DNA of 64,000 nucleotides from an uncultured virus (IMG/VR IMGVR_UViG_3300032288_004063) (IMGVR_UViG_3300032288_004063), one strand, 5' to 3'; shown: positions 30,204 to 38,558, counted from the stretch's first letter. Translations and numbers: made by a program. The notes: a model not told the origin generated them from the letters alone.

Positions 30204-31517
30204 ATGATTGATTTCTTGATTCCTTCATTTTTTGGATTAATTTCTGGAATAATCGTAGGACTAGTTCCGGGTTTAGGATTGTCCACATTTTTATTGCTAT
30301 GTTTTCCTTATTTGATTAGTCAATCTTTATTGTTTTGCGTGATATTTTACTGTGTTGCATCGGCGACCAGTCAATATTTTGGAAGCATAACGACTTTAAC
30401 TTTTGGCATTCCTGGAGAAACGACAAGCTTGCCTCTGTTTGCAATTAGAGACCAAATAATTGATTCAAATAAGTTTAATGAAGCACATTTTTTGTCTTGT
30501 TATGGTAGTTTTGTTGCCTCAATCATTAGTTTGTTTTTATTTTTCGCAATCGTTGATTTTTTTTCTGAAATTATCTTTTACTTAAAAAGCTACATTGCTT
30601 TAATTAGCTTGATTGTAGGATTAATACTATGTGTCTTTTTTAGTAGCAACAAGAAACTAGTATCAATAGCTTTTATAATATTGGGTTGGTACGCCGGCAA
30701 AGTTGGGTATGATCCTCTATACAATCAAGATTTTTTGACGTTCGGAAATGTTTATCTATATTCTGGCATTCCAATATTACCGGCAGTGCTAGGAATTTAT
30801 GCGATACCGAATGTAATTAAAATGATCTATGATTTAGAGCAGATAAAAACTATTCAATTTCACTATGAAAAAGTTTTTGACAAGACAAATCTTGCTTTAC
30901 AACATAGTTTTGTAGCTATTCGATCTTCCTTCATAGGATTCATAAGTGGGATAATTCCATATGTCGGTACAAGCATTAGCAGTTATTTGGCTTTCTTGAT
31001 TGAAAAGAAACTCAATCCAAACAAATTTTTGTATCAAGCAATTGCAGCAGAATCTGCCAACAACTCTGCAAATATTTCAGTTCTTTTTCCGTTGTTGATG
31101 CTATCTGTTGCAATAGTACCAAGTGAATATATCTTATTGGAAATAGTGTCAAATCAAAACGTTTCAGCAATATGGTCAACCATAACTCAGAATGTTTTTT
31201 ATATTTTGTCTTGTTTATTGATTATCAATGCGATTTGTTTTTTGGTATCTTGGAATCTAATCAATTTCATTAGTATGATATTTTTCAAGGCAAAAAGAGT
31301 ATTGTGTTTTTGCATGATATTTCTTATATTGTATGGCGTATATACGATAGGTTTCAATTACGGACAAGAACTATACTACGTTGTTGTCTTGCTTGTGTTT
31401 TCTATTTTTGGATTTTTATTGCGTAAACATGATTTGCTACCTTTTGTATACTGTTTTTTGCTTCAAAATCATATACAACAAATTGTATATAGAGTAACAA
31501 CAATTTATTTTGGATAA
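30204..31517 (+). CDS. TctA-like tripartite tricarboxylate transporter permease (divergent)
   Basis: GLVPGLG, GIPGE, AAESANNS; ~12 TMs. Confidence 0.75.
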   Translation: MIDFLIPSFFGLISGIIVGLVPGLGLSTFLLLCFPYLISQSLLFCVIFYCVASATSQYFGSITTLTFGIPGETTSLPLFAIRDQIIDSNKFNEAHFLSCYGSFVASIISLFLFFAIVDFFSEIIFYLKSYIALISLIVGLILCVFFSSNKKLVSIAFIILGWYAGKVGYDPLYNQDFLTFGNVYLYSGIPILPAVLGIYAIPNVIKMIYDLEQIKTIQFHYEKVFDKTNLALQHSFVAIRSSFIGFISGIIPYVGTSISSYLAFLIEKKLNPNKFLYQAIAAESANNSANISVLFPLLMLSVAIVPSEYILLEIVSNQNVSAIWSTITQNVFYILSCLLIINAICFLVSWNLINFISMIFFKAKRVLCFCMIFLILYGVYTIGFNYGQELYYVVVLLVFSIFGFLLRKHDLLPFVYCFLLQNHIQQIVYRVTTIYFG

Positions 31518-31522
31518 CTGAA

Positions 31523-32767
31523 ATGTTAGAAAACCATCCATACTACAATTTTTATGAACACAGCGGAAAAAAATATCCAAATAAAGTACTAGCTGTATCA
31601 TCATCACGTTTGCCGCAAAACAAGGGAAATACAGTTTGGAAACTTTTTCACTTTGAGAACGAATTGGACAAACTAGATCTGTCACTGGAACCAGAGGAAA
31701 GTTTGCAACAACTATATCTTCAAAGAGCATATGAATTAAGAAACAATTATGATTACCTAATACTAAACTACAGCGGTGGTCCAGATAGTCACAATGTTCT
31801 GGAAACATTTTTGCTCAACAATATATTTCTAGATGAAATCTTCATTTATAGCCAATTCAATGAACAAACCATAGCTCATTTGCAAAAAAACGATCCAGAT
31901 ACCTTTGCAATGTTTCCTGAATTTTATGAAGCTCAGATGAGTGCTATTCCCATTGCAAAACATATGGTAGAAACATATTCTCCACATACAAAGATTACAT
32001 ATGTCGATAACTTTTATGAAACACACAAAAAATTTTGGGAAAGTAAAAACGAAAAAGCCTTTATGGATGACATGAAAGGAAATGCGAGTGTCATGCTAAC
32101 GCATAGGCATATGGATAGATCCAGAAATCCAAATTTCAAGCCCGAATGGAAAATCATCAAGCAAAAAAAGAAAACGGCTCACATATGGGGTATAGAAAAA
32201 CCGAATTTGGTTCATGACGAAAAGGGTGTGTATTTTACTCTAGTTGATAATACAATATTAAGTAGAATCGATTTGCAACATAACTTGACTGTTGAAGATA
32301 TTCCAAATAACCACGAGCTATTTTACATTCATCCAACCGCTGTCAAAATGTTTTTGAAACAGGCTCATGTGATCAATAGAAATTTTTCAAAAAGTTTTTT
32401 TGAGAACCCTGCAATTTTATACGGAACAAGAAAAAAACAAGATGAACTTGCCAGAGTCCTATACTCGTTCAAGACAAAAATACCTTACTCGGGTTTAAAA
32501 AATTCTGATTTAATTTTCAAATATGATAATATGCCTATATTGAAAGAATTAAGTAAAACTGGTATAATACCCGGTTATACAGATATGTCGGAACCACTAA
32601 ATCTAAAACTGTATGTAGATAATAAAGATTCATTAGCCTCCATGAATTATGATAAATTTGTATCTTTCATACAATCAAATTTTTTTAGACACATAGATAG
32701 AAAAGAATTACTATACATATTGTGTATAGGATATGTTAGCAAGAAATACTATATCAAACTCTATTGA
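31523..32767 (+). CDS. PP-loop (SGGxDS) adenine-nucleotide alpha-hydrolase-like protein
   Basis: YSGGPDS. Confidence 0.65.
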   Translation: MLENHPYYNFYEHSGKKYPNKVLAVSSSRLPQNKGNTVWKLFHFENELDKLDLSLEPEESLQQLYLQRAYELRNNYDYLILNYSGGPDSHNVLETFLLNNIFLDEIFIYSQFNEQTIAHLQKNDPDTFAMFPEFYEAQMSAIPIAKHMVETYSPHTKITYVDNFYETHKKFWESKNEKAFMDDMKGNASVMLTHRHMDRSRNPNFKPEWKIIKQKKKTAHIWGIEKPNLVHDEKGVYFTLVDNTILSRIDLQHNLTVEDIPNNHELFYIHPTAVKMFLKQAHVINRNFSKSFFENPAILYGTRKKQDELARVLYSFKTKIPYSGLKNSDLIFKYDNMPILKELSKTGIIPGYTDMSEPLNLKLYVDNKDSLASMNYDKFVSFIQSNFFRHIDRKELLYILCIGYVSKKYYIKLY

Positions 32768-32780
32768 CGGAGAAATTGTC

Positions 32781-33650
32781 ATGTTCAAGTTCGTATTTTT
32801 ATTCTTTTTAATTGTTTTTGGACAATATTCTTTTGCTAAAGAATTGACTATTGTAAATAATGGATCATCCACAGGCATCAATAGTCAATTGCTTCAGGAA
32901 TACGTCAAACAGTTTTCTGAGTACAAAGTCAACATTACCAGCACGAATTCAAATTGTGCCCTAAGCAAGATGTTGTGGGAAAATTCACAAAAACCAACAC
33001 TATATGTACTAACAACAAACATTGATGGATCATCTGATCAAAACAATTCTGTTTGCTATGTTAGAATAGCTAAGGAAAATTTGCTTTTCATAAACTATTC
33101 TGCACCCATTGAGTTGTGTTCAGTAGGAACGAGAACGTGGAAAGATTTGACCGCAAAGAATAGCAGTCACATCATCGGCATCACATCGACCACAACAAAC
33201 ATTCCTGAACAATTTCTTAGCAAATTGGCAAGCAAATACGACATTCAATTAAAGTTGGTTAGAATAAACAATAATTCAGACTTCATGACGCTCGCGAAAG
33301 CACAAGAATTGGATTTTGGATTTAGAACAGGATTGAGTGGTCTAGAATTCTTCAAAGATAAATGCATGTGGAATGTATCTCAATTGGATACAAATAATAT
33401 AATTCCAAATGTGCATGAATTGAAAAAAATGTATGATAATCTCTATGAAGAATCAGTCATCCTTCATAAGAATTTGACAACAGATGAAATCAATGAATTT
33501 AGAAACAAGTTGCAAAGATCTTGGCTATCTAAAGATTCTGTGGCTTTGAGAACTCGTAGGGGATACGATGATACAAGAGTCAAGTATGAAACTGAAGAAG
33601 AAAGATCTAATCTATTTGATAGATTTCTAACTCGACTAGAATCTAAATAA
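32781..33650 (+). CDS. secreted protein, possibly TctC-like solute-binding
   Basis: signal peptide SFA; context with TctA-like gene. Confidence 0.45.
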   Translation: MFKFVFLFFLIVFGQYSFAKELTIVNNGSSTGINSQLLQEYVKQFSEYKVNITSTNSNCALSKMLWENSQKPTLYVLTTNIDGSSDQNNSVCYVRIAKENLLFINYSAPIELCSVGTRTWKDLTAKNSSHIIGITSTTTNIPEQFLSKLASKYDIQLKLVRINNNSDFMTLAKAQELDFGFRTGLSGLEFFKDKCMWNVSQLDTNNIIPNVHELKKMYDNLYEESVILHKNLTTDEINEFRNKLQRSWLSKDSVALRTRRGYDDTRVKYETEEERSNLFDRFLTRLESK

Positions 33651-33670
33651 ATTGCATTCAACTGCAACAC

Positions 33671-33678
33671 TATAAATA
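33671..33678 (+). promoter_or_regulatory. T4-type late promoter TATAAATA
   Basis: exact consensus upstream of the Nudix gene. Confidence 0.75.
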
Positions 33679-33713
33679 TATCGTTCCAATAGTGACATGT
33701 CAAGGAAAATCGC

Positions 33714-34151
33714 ATGAAATCGTTTAGGGAATATCTGCACGAAGAAGATAATGAAAGACTCGCGGCGGGCGCGCTCTTTCATGCATTAGATACAGGCAAA
33801 TATGGTGTCGCTCTACGATCAAAGATTTGCGATCAACCAAACACATATTCGCCTGTAGGCGGTTCATCAGATACAAACGACAAGGATCTAAAAGCTACAG
33901 TCGTGCGTGAAGTCGGTGAAGAGATCGGGCATGAGATCACACCAGAACAACTTGAGCCACTTCATGTGTTCAAGAAAAAAGGATTCCAGTATCACACATA
34001 CTTGTGCAAAGTGCCAAAGCAAGATGATGTTCAACCAAAGCTAAATGACGAGAACGATAGATTTGATTGGTTTGAAAAGCACAAGATGCCCAAGAACCTG
34101 CATCCGGGGTTTGCCGAGATGCTTTCCAAGAGTATGCATAAGCTTCCATAA
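33714..34151 (+). CDS. Nudix hydrolase with capsid-targeting-like leader
   Basis: GG.....D.....VREVGEEIG Nudix box; MKSFREYLHEE. Confidence 0.85.
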   Translation: MKSFREYLHEEDNERLAAGALFHALDTGKYGVALRSKICDQPNTYSPVGGSSDTNDKDLKATVVREVGEEIGHEITPEQLEPLHVFKKKGFQYHTYLCKVPKQDDVQPKLNDENDRFDWFEKHKMPKNLHPGFAEMLSKSMHKLP

Positions 34152-34296
34152 GTCGCCGAACGACGACAAATCAAAATGTCGTTGAACGACGACATGCGAC
34201 AACTTGTCATCAGATAATTTTGTTGCACCGCACAAAAGTTTGCTATATACTATGTGTGTCGGCTCAATAGTGGGCGACAAAAGAAGGAGGCGCACG

Positions 34297-34557
34297 ATGT
34301 GGCCCTGGACAATGGAAGAGAATGAATATCTAACAAAGTTCTTCAAGGCGGAAGATACCAAAAAGACTGCTGATGCATTTTCGCATAAAATGCGTAAGAT
34401 TACATTGGATGTAACAGACATCCAAGTTGATCTAGCATCAAAGATGTTTGGTCTGGTCAACAAGCACACAGACAATCTATTTGGAATCTACGAGAATGTG
34501 TTCAACAAGCAGGTTACCGACTATCGTAACGTCGTTCGTTCAGTTTGCAAGGAGTAA
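34297..34557 (+). CDS. hypothetical helical protein
   Basis: AGGAGG RBS. Confidence 0.65.
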   Translation: MWPWTMEENEYLTKFFKAEDTKKTADAFSHKMRKITLDVTDIQVDLASKMFGLVNKHTDNLFGIYENVFNKQVTDYRNVVRSVCKE

Positions 34558-34560
34558 GAC

Positions 34561-34758
34561 ATGAAGTTTTGTTTGGTAAAGAAGGTTGCCGATAAGGCAA
34601 AGGAAATCGCAAAGAAGGTTCTACACGCTATAACAGAAGCAAATAAGAAGCGTGCCGAACGTGCCATTTCTTGGGAACTTCGTCAGTATTACAAGAGAGA
34701 GTATGGCGATACTTTTCTGGAAAAGTTTCCATATCACGTTGTAAATAGACGCGACTAA
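34561..34758 (+). CDS. hypothetical protein
   Basis: AAGGAG RBS. Confidence 0.6.
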   Translation: MKFCLVKKVADKAKEIAKKVLHAITEANKKRAERAISWELRQYYKREYGDTFLEKFPYHVVNRRD

Positions 34759-34799
34759 CACGCATACCAGCTATGCGGTAGGTGCATGAAGAGGGGGGA

Positions 34800-34828
34800 T
34801 TGACATCTCCCCTCTTTCCATTTATAGT
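34800..34828 (+). promoter_or_regulatory. sigma70-type promoter
   Basis: TTGACA-17bp-TATAGT. Confidence 0.7.
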
Positions 34829-34834
34829 GAGAAC

Positions 34835-35320
34835 ATGTTTACTGTATTTGTGGGAAGCAAGAATCAGGCGGTCAGCCTGGTAAAGAGGCACAATGCAACG
34901 CATTGGATTAGTCTTCTTGATCCGGGCGACAGGCAATTTGTGCCGTCTGATTCGCGATTTGACTCTGTCAATCGCTTGTTCATGAACTTTGAGGATGTCA
35001 ACAGAGATACTGACTCTGGTGCGCCTACAAGGGATCATGTTCAACGCATCTTGGACTTTACCAAGAATGTGAATGACGGTGTCATTGTGGTGAACTGCTT
35101 TGCTGGTGTGAGCCGTTCGACGGCAGCAGCATTCGCAATTCTGTTCCAGCATCATAGATGCATTGAGACATCGGTCGAGATGCTTCTGGATGTCCGTCCA
35201 CAAGCCTGTCCAAATCCACTCATCAGCAAGTTTGCCGATGACATCCTGGGTTGCAATGGACGCCTCTTTGAGGCCGCAGAGACGATAGCAAAAGAGAGAC
35301 TTTTACGGGTGTTTGGCTAA
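34835..35320 (+). CDS. protein-tyrosine-phosphatase-like (CX5R) protein
   Basis: VNCFAGVSRSTA, PNPL. Confidence 0.85.
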   Translation: MFTVFVGSKNQAVSLVKRHNATHWISLLDPGDRQFVPSDSRFDSVNRLFMNFEDVNRDTDSGAPTRDHVQRILDFTKNVNDGVIVVNCFAGVSRSTAAAFAILFQHHRCIETSVEMLLDVRPQACPNPLISKFADDILGCNGRLFEAAETIAKERLLRVFG

Positions 35321-35413
35321 GTCATTGAAATCATTGCAAAAAATAGTCCTTGACAATTGTTCGACACCCATATATACTGCATCTTGTAAGTTGATTGATG
35401 AGGCAGAGCAAAC

Positions 35414-35560
35414 ATGAATCCGAACGAAGTGTTGGAGTATAGTTTTGAAGACGCTGTTCAGGATCCTACCCTTTGGGCTGGATACGAGCAGTGGCTGGAT
35501 GAGCAAGCCAACATTTCGGACTTTGAACTCTGGCATGAGGAAAACGAATACCAGGGTTGA
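35414..35560 (+). CDS. small acidic protein (48 aa, not in ORF track)
   Basis: TTGACA-17-TATACT promoter at 35350, GAGG RBS; MNPNEVLEYSFED... Confidence 0.65.
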   Translation: MNPNEVLEYSFEDAVQDPTLWAGYEQWLDEQANISDFELWHEENEYQG

Positions 35561-35637
35561 TAAAAAAAGTCCTTGCGTTTTGAAAAAAAGTTTGCTAGAA
35601 TGCAGAAATGATGAAACGAGACGACTAAATAGAGATT

Positions 35638-35724
35638 ATGAAACATAGAACACTAAAACAGAATTCGATCCGCGTCGCAACAAAGCCTGAATGGTTTGCC
35701 ATTCAGCAAGCGGGTTTGTCTTGA
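35638..35724 (+). CDS. putative leader peptide (28 aa)
   Basis: MKHRTLKQNSIRVATKPEWFAIQQAGLS*; stop codon lies in the antiterminator 5' strand. Confidence 0.5.
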   Translation: MKHRTLKQNSIRVATKPEWFAIQQAGLS

Positions 35725-35784
35725 CTGCGTAGGGACTTTGAATCCCTTCACACCAAGACAAGCCCTCCTCGCGAGGGCTTTTTT
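35712..35784 (+). terminator. intrinsic terminator with mutually exclusive antiterminator
   Basis: AAGCCCTC/GAGGGCTT+T-run; GGGTTTGTCTTG pairs with CAAGACAAGCCC. Confidence 0.75.
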
Positions 35785-35785
35785 G

Positions 35786-35814
35786 TTGACAAAGTGATGG
35801 ATACCAGATAGTAT
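35786..35814 (+). promoter_or_regulatory. sigma70-type promoter for the ncRNA/tRNA cluster
   Basis: TTGACA-17bp-TAGTAT. Confidence 0.65.
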
Positions 35815-35934
35815 CTGATATCTGATAAACGCAACGAGGGCGTGACCTGCACTAGATTAGGTCGAACGGTCGGAACCGAGGATGAAATCTGCGGCGACAA
35901 CGCAGAGAGTAAAATTCGGGAAACAAGTATCAAG

Positions 35935-36282
35935 TGATACTTGATTGTGTGCATCAAACGATCCGATGGCCGTGGCCCAGTAGGGCGGACTCGGCGGTTG
36001 TTATCGAATGATGCACACAATCAAGTATCATAGAAAAAGAAGTGATATTTGATTGTGTGCATTAAACGAAGCACCGTGGCCCAGTAGGGCGGTCAGTGGA
36101 CTGGCGTTTGTTATCGAATGATGCACACAATCAAGTATCATAGAAAAAGAAGTGATGCTTGATTGTGTGCATGGAAGGCGTCAGGCCACGCCGATATAAT
36201 GGAGAATAGCTCTGGGAAATTTGCGAAAGCCTCGGAGTTGGGTGAGTTCAATTCTCATCAAAATGCACACAATCAAGTATCA
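35935..36282 (+). ncRNA. three tandem long-stem-enclosed RNA cassettes (35935-36030, 36043-36140, 36153-36282)
   Basis: 20-22 bp inverted repeats TGATACTTGATTGTGTGCAT/ATGCACACAATCAAGTATCA with G-U-compatible variants. Confidence 0.65.
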
Positions 36283-36285
36283 TAA

Positions 36286-36360
36286 CGCAGAGTGGAGCAG
36301 CAGCAGCTCGTCTGGCTCATACCCAGAAGGCCACAGGTGCAAGTCCTGTCTCTGCAACCA
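36286..36360 (+). tRNA. tRNA-fMet(CAT)
   Basis: C1:A72 mismatch, CAT anticodon, CCA. Confidence 0.85.
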
Positions 36361-36511
36361 ATTGTGCTAGGCTCTATGGTAGTCTAGCACATAAGGGTGT
36401 TATTCGATGAAGCCTAGCCAGGTGGAGAATAGCTAGTTGGGTTGCGCGAATCCAACGAAGTCGCAAATGAGCGGTGGCACCGACATTTGTGGAGCCCTTT
36501 CGCAATTACAT

Positions 36512-36599
36512 GGAAGTGTGGGAGAGTGGTTTAATCCGTCAGTCTTGAAAACTGAAGGACCTACGGGTCCCGTGAGTTCGAATCTCACCGCTTCCGCCA
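36512..36599 (+). tRNA. tRNA-Ser(TGA)
   Basis: cloverleaf, long variable arm, CCA. Confidence 0.95.
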
Positions 36600-36603
36600 T
36601 TAT

Positions 36604-36679
36604 GGAGCATTCGTCTAGAGGCCTAGGACCGCGGGCTTTCAATCCGCTAACAGGGGTTCGAATCCCCTATGCTCTACCA
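36604..36679 (+). tRNA. tRNA-Glu(TTC)
   Basis: cloverleaf, CCA. Confidence 0.9.
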
Positions 36680-36772
36680 ATTTTGCATGTTTTTGAGATA
36701 AAACATGCCGTACCTATCCGCGAGAGCTTAATAGACACAGGTGAGGTAGGTCATTCTGTGTCACAAAATCAG

Positions 36773-36849
36773 GCCCGTGTAGCCCAACTGGCAGAGGCGC
36801 CAGTCTTAGGTACTGGAGGTTGTCGGTTCAAATCCGACCGCGGGCACCA
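36773..36849 (+). tRNA. tRNA-Leu(TAG), short variable loop
   Basis: cloverleaf, CCA. Confidence 0.9.
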
Positions 36850-36854
36850 AATAT

Positions 36855-36929
36855 GGGTTGTTAGCTCAGAGGTAGAGCAGCGTCTTTACACGGCGAATGT
36901 CGGCGGTTCGATCCCGTCACGACCCACCA
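36855..36929 (+). tRNA. tRNA-Val(TAC)
   Basis: cloverleaf, CCA. Confidence 0.93.
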
Positions 36930-37026
36930 CTACAGCCGGATTACTAAGAAGCGGTTTCTAGATCTGCTTCGGTGCGTACCGGTAGAGGACCCCGTCACCT
37001 CTTAAAAAAATCGTGGAGCTTTTTAT

Positions 37027-37102
37027 GGACCAGTAGCTCAATTGGTAGAGCGTCGGACTCTTACTCCGTAGGTTCTCGGTTCAAATCCGAGCTGGTCTTC
37101 CA
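37027..37102 (+). tRNA. tRNA-Lys(CTT)
   Basis: cloverleaf, U73, CCA. Confidence 0.9.
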
Positions 37103-37108
37103 ATCATC

Positions 37109-37184
37109 GGGGCATTAGCTCAATCAGGAGAGCGCCTGCTTTGCAAGCAGGAGGCAGTCGGGGCGGAACCGACATGCTCCACCA
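37109..37184 (+). tRNA. tRNA-Ala(TGC), atypical T-loop
   Basis: G3:U70, T-loop GGCGGAA, CCA. Confidence 0.9.
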
Positions 37185-37188
37185 AGAT

Positions 37189-37356
37189 GCGAGTGCAGAT
37201 GCTGAGAAATTAGATGTAGGCATACATCTGAGAGTCCAACGGTGCGAGTCCGATCCAGAGACTGGACAAGTAACAGCTGCAACTGCTTACCTCTAACCCG
37301 GCGCGCCTAGTTTACACGGGTAAAATGAGTCCGAATGAGGGAGGCGGACTGCTCGC
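37189..37356 (+). ncRNA. unidentified structured RNA
   Basis: closing GCGAG..CAG/CTGCTCGC helix, several internal hairpins, no ORF. Confidence 0.4.
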
Positions 37357-37365
37357 TACTAATAT

Positions 37366-37442
37366 GGAGGCTATCGTCTAATGGTTGAGGACGGCGGTCT
37401 GTGACTCCGCAGGTGAGGGTTCAATTCCCTCTAGTCTCCCCA
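37366..37442 (+). tRNA. tRNA-His(GTG)
   Basis: encoded G-1:C73, CCA. Confidence 0.9.
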
Positions 37443-37450
37443 AATTTTAT

Positions 37451-37526
37451 GTCCCTATCATCTAATGGTTTAGGATATTGCCCTCTCAAGGCAAAAATAC
37501 GGGTTCAAATCCCGTTAGGGATACCA
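37451..37526 (+). tRNA. tRNA-Glu(CTC)
   Basis: cloverleaf, CCA. Confidence 0.9.
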
Positions 37527-37532
37527 GTTTAT

Positions 37533-37606
37533 TGGGGAATCGTCTAGTGGTAGGACTGCGGCCTTTGACTCCGCCTACGGTGGTTCGAATCCATCTTCCC
37601 CAGCCA
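37533..37606 (+). tRNA. tRNA-Gln(TTG)
   Basis: U1:A72, cloverleaf, CCA. Confidence 0.92.
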
Positions 37607-37611
37607 TTTGC

Positions 37612-37685
37612 TGCCCTTTCGTCTAACGGTAGGACACTCGGCTCTGAACCGATTAGTTGTGGTTCGAATCCATGAAGGGCAACCA
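37612..37685 (+). tRNA. tRNA-Gln(CTG)
   Basis: cloverleaf, CCA. Confidence 0.92.
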
Positions 37686-37689
37686 ATAT

Positions 37690-37763
37690 ATCAGCGTAGT
37701 GTAACGGTAGCACGGCAGCCTCCAAAACTGCTTGTCAGGGTTCAAATCCTTGCGCTGGTGCCA
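37690..37763 (+). tRNA. tRNA-Trp(CCA)
   Basis: cloverleaf, G73, CCA. Confidence 0.92.
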
Positions 37764-37767
37764 TTAT

Positions 37768-37857
37768 GGAGAGTGGGCAGGACGGTAATGCAGCGGTTTG
37801 CTAAACCGTAGATCGCCTAAAAACGGTCACAGGGTTCGATTCCCTGACTCTCCGCCA
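37768..37857 (+). tRNA. tRNA-Ser(GCT)
   Basis: long variable arm, CCA. Confidence 0.93.
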
Positions 37858-37866
37858 AATTAGTGC

Positions 37867-37924
37867 TTGACAATGCCAAGCACATAGCGTAATATGCACA
37901 TATTGATGTTTGACAACTGAATAT
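37867..37924 (+). promoter_or_regulatory. sigma70-type promoter followed by boxA-like element
   Basis: TTGACA-17-TAATAT then GATGTTTGACAACTGAATAT. Confidence 0.6.
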
Positions 37925-38001
37925 GCTCCTGTAGCTCAACGGACTAGAGCTGCTCGTTTCTACCGAGAAGGTTGTGGGTTCGAATCCTGCCAGGAGCGCC
38001 A
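37925..38001 (+). tRNA. tRNA-Arg(TCT)
   Basis: cloverleaf, CCA. Confidence 0.92.
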
Positions 38002-38009
38002 GTTTCTAG

Positions 38010-38376
38010 TAAGGGGTTTGATGCGGAACACTATTTATAGTGTCCCGATAGGGATCAAGGGTCTTGCTAGAGAGCCATTCACACTCTTACTGTTTGTTGG
38101 TGAAGGTTTGAAAGTAAACAGCATTCACTAGGTTTACTGATTTTTCCGAGAGGTGAATGGGCCATTACAAAAAACGGGCCGTGTTGATGCGGCGTCTCGC
38201 AAGGGAGTATCAACAACTTCACACTCTGAGCTGTCGGTTGGTGAAGTTTATATAGATGACAGGACGTTCCAGTCTGTGTGGGGGATTGGAAAAGAGAACA
38301 TGGCAAGATGCAGTTGATCGATGCGGCGAACTGTAAATCCAGGGGCCGAGCCGCCATCTTGTGCATAGCCCACACA
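38010..38376 (+). ncRNA. unidentified structured RNA region with duplicated pseudoknot-like motif
   Basis: TTCAC..CTGT..GTGAA..ACAG twice; GTGTGGG/CCCACAC long hairpin. Confidence 0.45.
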
Positions 38377-38383
38377 AATTTAT

Positions 38384-38458
38384 TCCGACCTAGCTCAATG
38401 GTAGAGCATTCGGCTGTTAACCGAATGGTTGCTGGTTCGAGTCCAGCGGTCGGAGCCA
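38384..38458 (+). tRNA. tRNA-Asn(GTT)
   Basis: cloverleaf, CCA. Confidence 0.95.
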
Positions 38459-38462
38459 ATAT

Positions 38463-38536
38463 ACCACACGATGCGGTTTCATCGCCTGCGTCTCATAAGC
38501 GCGGAGCTTCTGGTTCAACTCCAGAGTGTGGTACCA
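38463..38536 (+). tRNA. atypical tRNA(CAT) with degenerate D arm
   Basis: 7-bp acceptor, T arm, CTCATAA loop, CCA; lacks normal D-loop consensus. Confidence 0.7.
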
Positions 38537-38558
38537 AGTTGTGTCATACATTCATTTA

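Noticed and set aside
35935..36282. CRISPR array
   Set aside because: Repeats are long inverted arms enclosing cargo, two 'spacers' are homologous to each other, spacer lengths are irregular, and no cas genes are in the window
36393..36499. Hammerhead ribozyme
   Set aside because: CGATGA and CGAAG only loosely resemble the CUGAUGA/GAAA core and the three-stem junction cannot be built
38010..38376. tmRNA (including two-piece form)
   Set aside because: No T arm plus CCA acceptor half with G3:U70 and no recognisable tag reading frame
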